From the NCBI RefSeq assembly GCF_006345805.1, contig NC_043000.1, positions 49,228,001 through 49,292,000 of the forward strand: a DNA stretch of 64,000 nt, in the 5' to 3' direction. The stretch comes from Octopus sinensis. Its lineage: Eukaryota. The translations under genes and the position numbers were made by a program. Below the pieces are notes generated by a model, which was not told the origin of the DNA, did no database searches, and worked only from the letters and a program-made list of their open reading frames with translations. Within the stretch, counting starts at the first letter, position 1, and each line of letters starts with the position of its first letter. Below are positions 24,190-35,081 of this stretch, piece after piece.

Positions 24190-25305
24190 TCTTTTTCTGG
24201 TTCATAGGATTATACTCAAAGTGGATCCGTCATTCACGCGTGCCATCTTTCCTATATTCACCCATCTTTTATTGAAACATTTGCTAGACAAAACTTCCCT
24301 CTCTACTCTCACCTTCCTTTTCAAGTGATACTTGAAGAAGCGGATGAGATTCACCAGAGAAGAAAGTGTTTGTCTCTAAGCCTTTCAGACGCTTCCACCA
24401 TACACATTCTTTTGCCACAGCCACAAGTACGATAACAATAGCTCTTTCTTCCCGTTTGAAGGAAGGTGGCGCGACAATATTGACGATAGACTCGGCATAT
24501 AAACCGACTCGTCCGACACTCGATAGCAGTCGTTCGACATAGGCCCACAGGTCGGAAATAGTTGGGCACTGTTCGAGTGCGTGCAGTAGTGGCTTGAGGG
24601 TCAATACGTACAAAAGCGACGAGAGGAGGCATCCCTGAGGAACCGAACGTGCAATGTCGAAAGATCTCGATAGATGCCCATTCACGTGAATTACCGAACG
24701 GATGCCTTTGTATAGGGTAACGATCCAGCCTCAGAAAACGGGACCGAAACCAGCCGCTATGAGGACAGCGTCCAAGTATCGATGGTCCACCCTGTCGAAA
24801 GCTTTGGATTGATCCAAATTGGTCAGTATCCCACCCATACCGGGTCCCTTAACTACCCTGTCTATGATGTAGCGCACGAGGTGGATTTTGTCATGGATGC
24901 TCCGGCCCGGCACAGCGCACGTTTGCGGCTTGTCGACCAGTTTCTCGATGACAAACGCCAAGCTTTTGGCCAGCACCTCGGCCAAAATTTTCAAATCTGC
25001 ATTGAGCAGAGTGATGGGCCTAAGTTATCTATTACGTCCCCCTTTGTTGGATCTTTCTTTAGCAGCGTTACAGCTCCTCGGCTCACAAAACCAGGGTTTG
25101 CTGCCAAGACGTCTCCAAACAAGTCTGGCATACAACTGTAAAGTTCGTAGGGCAGACCATCCAAACCCGGCGATTTGTCCCTCGGGCACTCTGCCATCGC
25201 GTCCCACACATCCGGTGCTGTGATGGCACCTTCGCAACACGCTGCCTCTCTTGCTGAGAGTCTTGGCAGACTAAGCAGGTCGACACTGAAGTCTACCCTG
25301 CGTGT
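24190..25305 (-). pseudogene. Tx1/L1-type ORF2 remnant: reverse transcriptase N-half fused to the C-terminal region
   Basis: Motifs KSPGLDGLPYELY, RPITLLNADLKILAEVLAK, QTCAVPGRSIHD, LDQSKAFDRVDH and VPQGCLLSSLLYVL are present. The sequence then jumps to HALEQCPTISDLW...KECVWWKRLKG, with no YADD segment. Confidence 0.9.
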
Positions 25306-25309
25306 GATG

Positions 25310-26000
25310 TCTAAGATATTTTTGTGGGACGTTGAGGTGTAAATTTGAACCTTGTTGAGTTAAGAAGGATTTTGTATCTTTTATCTGTTCTGTATTGTCC
25401 TTTTTTGTTTTAAGGCTTCTGCAAAATTTGATCTGTTTTTGTTGTTGTTTTTGCTGGTGGTGGTGGTGATGGTGGTGGTTGGGTGGGGGTCGAAGAGGTG
25501 GTAGTTGTAGCTGCAGAAGTTGTAGTAGTAGTGTTGGTTTTTGCGGCAGAGTTAAAGTTTTTAATGGCGGTAATGGTGGTTGGCTTTGCGACATTATTTT
25601 TATTGTTGTTGTTGTTGTTTTTGCTGGTGGTGGTGGTGATGGTGGTGGTTGGGTGGGGGTCGAAGAGGTGGTAGTTGTAGCTGCAGAAGTTGTAGTAGTA
25701 GTGTTGGTTTTTGCGGCAGAGTTAAAGTTTTTAATGGCGGTAATGGTGGTTGGCTTTGCGACATTATTTTTATTGTTGTTGTTGTTGTTTTTGGTGGTGG
25801 TGGTGGTGGTTGCAGTGGTGATGGTGGTGGTGGTGGTAGCGGCGTTCAAGCTGTCAGCCTCAGCCACTAATCTTTTCAATCCGTCATTGTCAATAATAGC
25901 GCTGAGATCTGTATTATGCCTTTCTCAACTTTTGCTTTCATTCGTTTTATATGTGTGTGCATGAATTAAGTGTTTTTGGTAGCGGGAGGCTAAGAAATTA
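25310..26000 (-). pseudogene. Putative LINE ORF1 N-terminal remnant with Thr/Pro-rich low-complexity linker
   Basis: SAIIDNDGLKRLVAEAD, then a T/P-rich tract, then NFAEALKQK and TEQIKDTKSFLTQQGSNLHLNVPQKYL in shifted frames. The ORF1 identity is inferred from position, not from a clear domain. Confidence 0.45.
25441..25790. repeat. Perfect 170-bp tandem duplication
   Basis: 25441-25610 equals 25611-25780; for example gggtgggggtcgaagagg occurs at 25481 and 25651. Confidence 0.92.
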
Positions 26001-26284
26001 TTCATGGGTTGTTTTTAGCGCCTCACTACAGTTCCGCATGACTTGCGCTGGCCTCGTGGTTTGCAATCGCCATTTTCGAAATGAGAATGGCTAAAATGAA
26101 CCGAAGAAAGCCTTCAAAATTTTTTCTATGAAAATATTAATCAACGTTGAAAGCGTATGTTGTTTGACAACTTTTTCACACAAAATACTTAACAATGAAA
26201 ACTCAAAACACACAAAATACACAAAAATTCACAGAAACACACAAAAATAGCCATCTTAAATAGAGCCGAAAACATTTGTCGAAA

Positions 26285-27925
26285 TTTATGATGATGTTTG
26301 TCGAATGTATTTGATGAAAAAGTTTGCTGAAAATGTATGATGAAAATGTCTGCTGAAGATGAATATATTTGATGAAAATCTTTGTTGAAAATGTTTGATG
26401 TATATATTTGGTGAAAATGTTTGAGGAAAATGTTTAAATAAAACGTTTGATAAAAATGTTTGATAAAAATATTTGATGAAAATCTTTCATGACAATGTTT
26501 AATGAACATCTTTGATGAAAATGTTTGATGAAAATGTATGATAAAAATGTTTGATGAAAATGTATGATAAAAATGTTTGATGAAAATATTTGATGAAAAT
26601 ATCTGATGAAAACGTTTGATGAAAATGTCTGAAGAAAATATTTCATGAAAATGTTCGATGAAAATGTTTGATGAAAATGAAAATGTCTGATGATTTTGAA
26701 AATGTCTGATGAAAATGTTTGATGAAAATGAAAATGTTTGATGAAAATCTCTGATGAAAATGTTTGAGGAAAATGTCTGATGAGAAAATATCTGATGAAA
26801 ATGAAAATGTCTGATGAAAATGTTTGATGAAAATGTCTGATGAAAATGTTTGATGAAAATGTTTGATGAAAATGAAAATATTTGATGTCTGACGAAAATG
26901 TTTCATGAAAATGAAAATGTTTGATGAAAATGAAAATATCTGATGAAAATGTCTGATGAAAATGTTTGATGAAAATGTCTGATGAAAATGTTTCATGAAA
27001 AAGTTTGATGGACTTCAAAATGTTTGATGAAAATGAAAATGTTTGATGAAAATGTTTGATGAAAATGAAAATGATGAAAATGTTTGATGAAAATATCTGA
27101 TGAAAATGTTTGATGAAAATGCTTGATGAAAATGAAAATGTCTGATGAAAATGTTTGATGAAAATGTCTTATGAAAATGTTTGATGAAAATGTCTGACGA
27201 AAATGTTTGATGAAAATGTCTTATGAAAATGTTTGATGAAAATGAAAATGTCTTATGAAAATGTTTGATGAAAATATCAGATGAAAATGTTTGGTGAAAA
27301 TGTTTGATGAAAATGAAAATGTCTGATGAAAATGTCTGATGAAAGTAAAAATATGTGATGAAAATGTTTGATGAAAATGAAAATGTTTGATGAAAATGTC
27401 TAACGGAAATGTTTGATGAAAATGAAAATATCTGAGGAAAATGTCTGATGAAAATTTTTGATGAAAATGTTTGATGATAATAGAAATGTCTGACGAAAAT
27501 GTTTGATGAAAATGAAAATGTTTGATGAAAATATTTGATGAAAATGCATGATGAAAATGTCTGACGAAAATGTTTGATGAAAATGTTTGATGAAAATGAA
27601 AATATCTGATGAAAATGTTCGATGAAAAGGAAAATGTTTGATGAAAATGTCTGATGACATTTGTTTGATGAAAAGGTTTGATGAAAATATTTCATGAAAA
27701 TGTTCGATGAAAATCTTTGATGAAATTTAAAATGTCTGCAGAAAATATTTGATGAAAATGTCTGATGAAAATGTCTGAAGAAAACGTTTGATGAAAATGT
27801 TTGATGAAAATATTTCATGAAAATGTTTGATGAAAATTAAAATGTCTGAAGAAAATATTTGATGAAAATGTCTGATGAAAATGTTTGATGTAAATGTTTG
27901 ATGAAATTGTTTGATGAAAATTTTT
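26285..27925. repeat. 13-bp satellite, AAAATGT(T/C)TGATG, ~1.65 kb, with 6-bp AAAATG insertion variants
   Basis: Direct inspection. The units are more degenerate at the 26285-26520 end. Confidence 0.97.
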
Positions 27926-28146
27926 GATAGATAGATAGATATAGATAGAAGGACGGACTGATGGACAGACATACAGACAGACAGACAGGCAGGCAAACAG
28001 GCAGGCAGACAGGCAGGCAGGCAGGCAGGCAGTGCTGTCCATCAGTCCGTCCTTCTATCTATATCTATCTATCTATCAAACATTTTCATCAAACATTTTC
28101 ATCAGACATTTTCATTAGACATTTTCATCAAACATTTTCATCAAAC
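27923..28146. repeat. Foldback: perfect 46-bp inverted repeat around a (GACA)/(GGCA) loop, continuing as ~5 inverted satellite units
   Basis: 27923-27968 is the exact reverse complement of 28035-28080. 28081-28146 is the satellite in the opposite orientation. Confidence 0.93.
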
Positions 28147-28349
28147 AAAAGTTGATGATTCCAAAGTAATCTGCTCCCAACGAAGCTGATCCGGACTAAA
28201 AAGTGCACTTTTTGAGGATACTTTGGAAACGTGTACAAGATACTCACAAGGAAGTTTGTTTGGAATGTTGAAGCTATATGTAAATTTAATGATTCAGTTA
28301 ACCGGCACAATCACAGCCCCTGAGACTCGGAACTGAAAACGCCATAGTA

Positions 28350-28814
28350 AAGAGAGTTATAATGTTTATTCACAAAATGTTGCAGTATGATGCAGATTAT
28401 CATCAAAAGGATTAATTGGGCCATTCTTATTTCTATATGAAACAGTGATTGTTCCATTTATTTGAACTTAGTGCAACAGTCTGTCATGCCAATCATTGAA
28501 GTGGACTTTGAAGATGTGGAATCATATTTATAGCAAGAAAAGGCAACACCACACACTACAGTAGTAATGGAAGAGCCTGCCTTAGTGAGATTTTGGCAAA
28601 AAAGGTGGAATGAACGAAGCTTAGTAGAATACCCACCGTGCTCACTGGACCGTACACCAATCCATTTCTTTTGGGGATACTTAAAATATAAAGTTTATGG
28701 TATAAAACCGGTAACAGTCGGCACTTTGAGAGCAGCTTGTGAACGAGAATGCTTATAAATACTGACCGAAATGTTTATTGGTATTTGCGATACCATTGTT
28801 TCGAACTATTAGCA
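28350..28814 (+). mobile_element. Tc1/mariner DD41D-like transposase fragment (pseudogene)
   Basis: LSSKGLIGPFLF...*QEKATPH...EYPPCSLDRTPIHFFWGYLKYKVYGIKP...LRAACEREC. The positions equivalent to the second and third D (28537 and 28663) are 126 nt apart, which is DD41D spacing. Confidence 0.8.
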
Positions 28815-29092
28815 TTTTTGATGATGTTTGTTGAATATATTTGATGAAAATGTTTGATGATAATGTCTGATGAAAATATCTGATGACGAATGTTTGACGA
28901 ATGTGTCAGAGGAACATGTCTGATGAAAATGCTTGATGAAAATGTATGATGAAAATGTTTGATGAAAATGTTTGATGAAAATGAAAATGTTTGATGATAA
29001 TGTCTGATGAAAATATCTGATGAAAATGTTTGATGAACATGTCTGATGAAAATGTCTGATGAAAATGTTTGATAAAAATGTTTGATGAAATA
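28815..29092. repeat. 278-bp block of the 13-bp satellite inserted between 17-bp direct repeats
   Basis: gtttcgaactattagca occurs at 28798-28814 and 29093-29109. Confidence 0.92.
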
Positions 29093-29111
29093 GTTTCGAA
29101 CTATTAGCAGT

Positions 29112-29207
29112 GCCGCTATGTAGTATTGCGATATAACATAGACACATATGAAAATACATAATTCAGTAGAAATAAACTCTAATTAAGTAGTTTGCTAAAT
29201 TCTTCTT
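29112..29207 (+). repeat. 96-bp exact direct repeat, copy 1
   Basis: gccgctatgtagtattgcg...gctaaattcttctt is identical to 32060-32155. Confidence 0.93.
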
Positions 29208-29260
29208 AGAGCGGTTGTCAGTTTGGAAAATGAGATTCATAAAAGAATGAAATTGTCTAC

Positions 29261-29660
29261 AGGTGCAGGCGTGAATGTGCGATAAGAAGCTTGCTGCCAG
29301 CAAAAATGGTTTGAGATTGACTCCCACAGCGTGGCACCTTGGTCAAGTGTTTTCTACGATAGCTTCGGGCCGATCAAAGCCTTACGAGTGGATTCGGTAG
29401 ACGGAAAATGAAAGAGTGAGTGTATGTGTGTGTGTGTATGTGTGTGTGTCTGTGTCTGTGTGTATTTCCCCATCACTGCTTGACTGCCCGTGTTAGTGTG
29501 TTTATGTCGCCCGTAATTTAACAGTTCGGCAAAAGAGAACGATAGAATGAGTACTAGGCTTATAAAAAAAGGGCTGAGGCCAATTTGTTCGATAAAAAAC
29601 CCTTCAAGGCGGTGCCTAGCATGGCCCGATTCAAATGAATGATACAAGTAAAAGATAAAC
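29261..29660 (+). mobile_element. SINE family A, diverged
   Basis: aggtgcaggcgtgaatgtgcgataagaagcttgc...gtggattcggtagacggaaa, (TG)n, cagttcggcaaaagagaacgatag...ggcggtgcctagcatggcc. Confidence 0.8.
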
Positions 29661-29747
29661 GATAGATTCTATTAAACTTCGTAAATGAAATATATTTTAA
29701 TAAACATGGACTTCATAGTCATACAATATGTGTTTAATGTACTGCAT

Positions 29748-30132
29748 GTGGAGGCGCAATGGCCTAGTGGTTAGGGCAGCGGACTCACGGTCGTATGATC
29801 GCGGTTTCGATTCCCAGACCGGGCGTTGTGAGTGTTTATTGAGCGAAAACACCTAAAGCTCCACGAGGCTCCGGCAGGGGATGGTGGTGATCCCTGCTGT
29901 ACTCTTTCACCACAACTTTCTCTCACTCTTACTTCCTGTTTCTGTTGTACCTGTATTTCAAAGGGCCGGCCTTGTCACTCTCTGTGTCACGCTGAATATC
30001 CCCGAGAACTACGTTAAGGGTACACGTGTCTGTGGAGTGCTCAGCCACTTACACGTTAATTTCACGAGCAGGCTGTTCCGTTGATCAAATCAACCGGAAC
30101 CCTCGTCGTCGTAACCGACGGAGTGCTTCCAC
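29748..30132 (+). mobile_element. SINE family D (tRNA-derived head plus tail X), young copy with 12-bp TSD
   Basis: A-box tggcctagtgg and B-box ggtttcgattccc. TSD aatgtactgcat at 29736-29747 and 30133-30144. Confidence 0.93.
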
Positions 30133-30404
30133 AATGTACTGCATATATTACATTATATTATGACGTAACAATAAGCTTTGTAAACTTTTCAACTTAAATC
30201 ACTGTCAATATGCACCCACGCTAATACACACACATACACACAGTTACACACACACAAACACATGCATATTTATTCAGATGATACACGTATCTAGACATAC
30301 GCGCACTCGATGACCATTGAAACATCTCAAGCTGTAATAGTTTAGTGTTTAGATTGATTTACTCATCTATCTATCCTGCACAGAAAGTAGTTACTTGTGC
30401 CTAT

Positions 30405-30695
30405 GTGCGTGCGTCTATGTATGTGTGTGTATCTGCGTGTGTGTGTGTGCGTGTGTGTGTATGTGTGTGTGTGCGTGTGCGTATGTGTTTGTGTGTCTGT
30501 GCCGGTCCTCAACCATCGCTTGACGAACCATATGGGTGTGTTTATTTCACTGTATCTTTGCGGTTCGGTAACACTGACCGATAGCATAAGTACTAGGTTT
30601 ACTATATAAGTACTGGGGTCGATTCACTGGACCAAAATTCCTCAAGGAGTGACACCAGCATGACCGCAGTCTAATGACTAAAACAAGTAAAAGAA
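30405..30695 (+). mobile_element. SINE family A, 3' half
   Basis: (TG)n followed by gcggttcggtaacactgaccgatag...gtactggggtcgattc...cagcatgaccgcagtctaatgact. Confidence 0.7.
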
Positions 30696-31142
30696 AAATA
30701 GGAAGCAAAGTAAATAAGTAGTAAAATCCGCAGATATTGTTCACATGCCTTGTCATGCATCGGACTTGGGCAACCGTTTTTCGAGTAGCGAACCGCATGA
30801 GACTTGATTCATCATTAGGTAGGCTGCACTACTAAAAATGGATTGTTCGTTAGGTGAGCCATTTAAAAATTCCCGCGAGCCGAAGTTTTCCAATGACCAA
30901 CGTAAGTCATGAGCATTAATAACTCTCAGTGTGAATCTCTGTGGGCTCATCCGTCATTTGATAAAATGGTAGTTTTTAAACATCTTCAGCAATTATAAAT
31001 AATGGCGGTGCCCCAGCATGGCCACAGCTCGCGAGCTGAAACTAGATAAAATTAAAAAACATTTTTTAAAGAAATAAAAAACAGAGAACTTATTTCATTT
31101 TTCTAATTTCAATGAAAATTTTGCAACAAGTCCAGCAAGCTC

Positions 31143-31300
31143 GGGGGAGGGTTATGTCGATTACATCGACTTCAGTACTCAACTGGTACTTATTTCATCG
31201 ACCCAGGGCCATGAAAGACAAAGTCGATCTCGGTGGTGTTTGAACTCAGAATGTGAAGATAGAGGGTCGGCGTGCTAACGATCTTACCAGCTCGCCGCCT
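31143..31300 (-). mobile_element. SINE family B
   Basis: gtcgattacatcgacttcagtactcaactggtacttatttcatcgacc...gtgctaacgatcttaccagctcgccgcc. Confidence 0.8.
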
Positions 31301-31838
31301 TTGCTTTCAATAAAATGTAAGACAATTTTATAAATCCCCCACTTGTCTAATTCACATTGGATCCAGTCTTTCAAATTATTTTCAGTAAATATTTTATAAA
31401 CCTTACTATATTAGTCTGTATCAAATATATAGAATATATATTACGTCGATGTATTTGTGAAAACTATTTTCAGTATTTTTCTTTTAAAATATGATTTCTG
31501 ATGGCACGATTATACTAATACATGTGTATCATACAAAACAGGCATACATGTACAGACATGAAATGACAGTCTGACTTCGAGGAGAATTGGTTCTTATTTC
31601 ATACATTTCTAGCAAATATATATACCTCACCTTGTTGGTTCATACATACATATTTACATTCGTATTCCATTAGAATGTGTAGCGAGGGAGGCTTATCTGC
31701 TAATGTTATTAGTTTGTCGTTACGTGTAGCAGCTCTCTCGCTTCATAAGATTGGAGAGTGGGGATCTGAAAGGGATTTGCCTACTATTTTTAAAAGAACC
31801 TGCTACATCGTAAATGTCTATCTTAGTGGCTCATAGAC

Positions 31839-32021
31839 TGTTGTGTGGACGCCCCCAGGCGATGAAGTAGGCAAGCCCAATACGTAGATATAGATGGAGA
31901 AGCCTAGACGTCAGAAGACAACACAGCTGAGCAATCGTAGAAACTAGAACAGAGTCGAGCAGTGTAGAGCAGAGTTGAGTAGAGGTCATCCGAACGTGCG
32001 ACATAACAGTGGCGACGAGGA
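31839..32021 (+). mobile_element. Putative LTR (TGTTGTG...CATAACA, ~170 bp) followed by a Gypsy-type primer-binding site
   Basis: cataaca ends at 32008. One nucleotide later TGGCGACGAGGA begins (32010-32021). The left LTR boundary is uncertain. Confidence 0.55.
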
Positions 32022-32059
32022 TTTCCTAACTTTCACTTATCTTTCAGTAAACTCACACA

Positions 32060-32155
32060 GCCGCTATGTAGTATTGCGATATAACATAGACACATATGAA
32101 AATACATAATTCAGTAGAAATAAACTCTAATTAAGTAGTTTGCTAAATTCTTCTT
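32060..32155 (+). repeat. 96-bp exact direct repeat, copy 2
   Basis: Identical to 29112-29207. Confidence 0.93.
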
Positions 32156-32889
32156 TCTTAAGTGCAGTCGTTGTCATTAATTTTGATAAATGTCAATATG
32201 TCATTTAAAATGTCTAATTTATTTATGTAGACATCTATGTTTAATATAATGAATGTATTTTGATTTATTTGCTTTACTGATGGCCATCGTACGTATAAGA
32301 ACGGCGTTGTTAAAAGAATTCCATCAGTATGACACTACTTTTAATGTCTTAAGAACATAAATTTATATATACATATAGTCGTATTTAAGGGTCTTATATT
32401 TAGTTAAGAGTTTTCAATTCAGGTCGTGTGGGGATTCTTCTTTTAAAAATATTCTCACTTTTGTATTTGTCATTTTCTTTAATTTTTGTTGTGACTGAGA
32501 AAGCCTATGCTTAAAAGATCGCCAAATCGGAACCATTCCATGTTTTCTTATATGAGAGACTGTCTGATATATGCCACATTAATAATTTCAAGGTTCACTC
32601 CAGAAGGATTTTTTTAATGAACTAAACAATAAATCACCGCACTCTCCTTCCTTTCTCTCTGTGTATGCCTCCCTTTCCATGTGTCTCTTTTCCTCTCTCT
32701 GTGTTCGAATCTTACTCAAAGAGTGAGAGAAAGTAAAAAGAAGATTAAAGCGAGGCTGGAAGATGAAGAAAAGCTGAGAGTTCGATGTCACACAAGCGCA
32801 TTTTTCAATGTTTCTCTTACTGACACTTTCCTGCCTTTCAAAATTTTTGCACTTCTACTTTATGCTGTTAGTACTTAGTCATCTATTAT

Positions 32890-33085
32890 GTCCATATTCG
32901 AAGAATCAGAGGTCTGGAAAATATTATCATGGAAGGAAGAGTGGAGGGTAGTAGATCAAGATGCGAGCAAAGAAGGCAATGGATGGACAAAAGTGGCAAA
33001 ACAGCTGGAGAACTTGCACTTAATCGGCAAGATTTTCGTGGTAGTGTCATCAATGCGATGCAGAGGTACGATACACGATGTATCA
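32890..33085 (+). mobile_element. RTE-clade LINE 3' end, decayed
   Basis: HIRRIRGLENIIMEGRVEGSRSRCEQRRQWMD...ALNRQDFR resembles the RTE C-terminal consensus GH..R...LEK.I..GK.EG.R.RGR.R..W.D. Confidence 0.7.
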
Positions 33086-33600
33086 TGTCATCTTCCAGCC
33101 TTTCTACTGCTTTTTTACCTGTCGGGCAGTTTGTGCCCGTAGAGCGATTAGGTCGCTTATTAAAAAATCTTCCCTAATGATGTTTCAAAACCTACAAAAC
33201 GTATAGGTGGGAGTGGAGATAATAATCTGAATGCGAGATAGAGTGCCTTCTGTTAAAGGCTCTCTAGTGGTGCGAGTGTTCTTAACTCGGGCGAGAGATT
33301 GTCACCTTTTCCTTCAATTTTTACCAGACTGCATTATAAATATTTTTTTTTATTTTTGCATGTCCTTCATTTGAAATATGTGGATTATAGACTTGTTTCC
33401 AGTTTGGGGGTATCTCAGATTAACTACCGTTTCGTTGTCGCTCTTTACCTACACATTTTGTTTGATCAGTAAGACTTACCTTCAAAGACATCCTAATTAT
33501 GAAGGACTCATGTTTTTCAGAATGCATATTCCAGTGTAAACTACCTCCTTTTACAGTGATAGAATATAAATGAAGGAACATTTAACTGTCATATCTCGCA

Positions 33601-33911
33601 TGTAGAGGCGCAATGGCCCAGTTAGGGCAGCGGACTCGCGGTCGGAGGATCGTGGTTTCTATTCCCAGACCGGGCATTGTGTGTGTTTATTGAGCGAAAA
33701 CACCTAAAGCTCCACGAGGCTCCGGCAGGGGGAGGTGGCGAACCCTGTCGTACTCTTTCGCCCCAACTTTCTCTCACTCTCTTTTCTTGTTTCTTGACTA
33801 ACGCTGCGATGGACTGGCGTCTCGTCCAGCTGGAGGGACACATATGCCACAGAAACCGGGAAACCGGGCCCATTAGCCTGGCTAGGCTGGAAAAGGGCGC
33901 ATAAATAAAAA
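33601..33911 (+). mobile_element. SINE family D head with alternative 3' module (tail Y), 8-bp TSD
   Basis: About 190 bp shared with the 29748 and 44611 copies, then gctgcgatggactggcgtctcgtccag...cagaaaccggg. TSD atctcgca at 33593-33600 and 33912-33919. Confidence 0.88.
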
Positions 33912-35014
33912 ATCTCGCAGGTGGACCAGCTACTCGAAAGCTCCACTATATATGCCAAATGGGCTTCAATATCTCATGCCCTTTATTAATTTCAGCAGCC
34001 ATAGTAAAATTACGTTTTCATACTGAACGCTTGAGCAATTTGATTATTTTATTCATTCGTTGTACTATTATTACTTGAACATATCGTCACCACAATGTAC
34101 AAGACCCCATTTTTTTCAGAAGGTAAACTTTATTTATATTTGCGGTATAACGCTGAAAACATTTGCGGAGTTCAAATATTTTGATACATTTTGGAGAGTT
34201 CCGGAATTAAATTACGTTTTGGAAATTTCATATATATTTCCATAACTTCCAGAAGTCATGGCAGGTACTTTGTCATATATTTGTCTTGCTCAATTCCATA
34301 TACAATACATATATTTAAAATTGCATAAGCATCATATTATTGTTAAAAATATATTTATATTATAGTTTCGGGTTAATAAAACAATGTATGTTTAATTACT
34401 ACGTATGTTGGTTTTAAAGCATTCTGCATTTATTTTCTCTCTCCTAACGTCACATTTTATAGAGAATCAATACATTTTCTGTTAAAGATTTTTATTGGCG
34501 GGTTTAATAGAAAGATATCTTCAGAGCTCCAGTCCGGTATCTGTATTGTTACACTTATTAATACCATAAAATCATTAGGTATTGCATGCTTGTTGTTGAG
34601 CGATCTCCGACTCCATATATATTCATGATTACAATGTAATATTTTCTTATTGTTTTGTATTTATATTGATATTCTATATTTGATTGTGTAATTAATTTTA
34701 ATAACTATACTGAAGCTTTTTATTGCTATAACATTTATTACTTAATATGTACCAGAAACCTATCAGTAGTGCAACAATTCAAGCAGGCGTGAGTGGCGCA
34801 TTGATTAGGAAGGGTTCTATGCAAGCCATAATATTATGAGGTGTACACAATGTAAATTCACCTTATGTCCAACCTTACTTATTTGAAATATACTTTTACA
34901 CAGTAGAATAACAATTGCTAATATTCTTCAGTGTTATAATATTTTTGAAAATTATTATTCATACTCATGATGTTCAGCAGTATGTGGTTGGCTTGTGTCT
35001 GGTTGCCATAATAG

Positions 35015-35028
35015 ATTTTATTGGATAC

Positions 35029-35081
<53 letters not shown>

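Larger units (their letters stand above)
24000..26280 (-). mobile_element. Tx1/L1-type LINE, internally deleted (5' UTR, ORF1 N-terminus, RT N-half, C-terminus, 3' UTR)
   Basis: The ORF2 remnants are clear. That the upstream ORF1-like segment and UTR belong to the same element is inferred from same-strand adjacency. Confidence 0.65.

Noticed and set aside
26189-28042. Long minus-strand ORFs encoding (IFIKHFHQTFSSN)-like repeats
   Set aside because: The unit CATTTTCATCAAA has no stop codon, and a 13-nt period yields a 13-aa repeat in every frame. The ORFs overlap in different frames and are a by-product of the satellite.
26285-29092. CRISPR-like array or telomeric repeat
   Set aside because: There are no unique spacers or cas genes, and the context is eukaryotic. 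The unit is not TTAGGG-like.
29748-29830. Functional tRNA gene (also at 33601 and 44611)
   Set aside because: The A/B boxes are present, but there is no complete cloverleaf. Each runs into a SINE body bounded by TSDs.
31678-31807. Second TG...CA segment (tgtagc...gctaca) as a solo LTR
   Set aside because: There is no TSD and no second copy, and the inverted match is only 6-7 bp.
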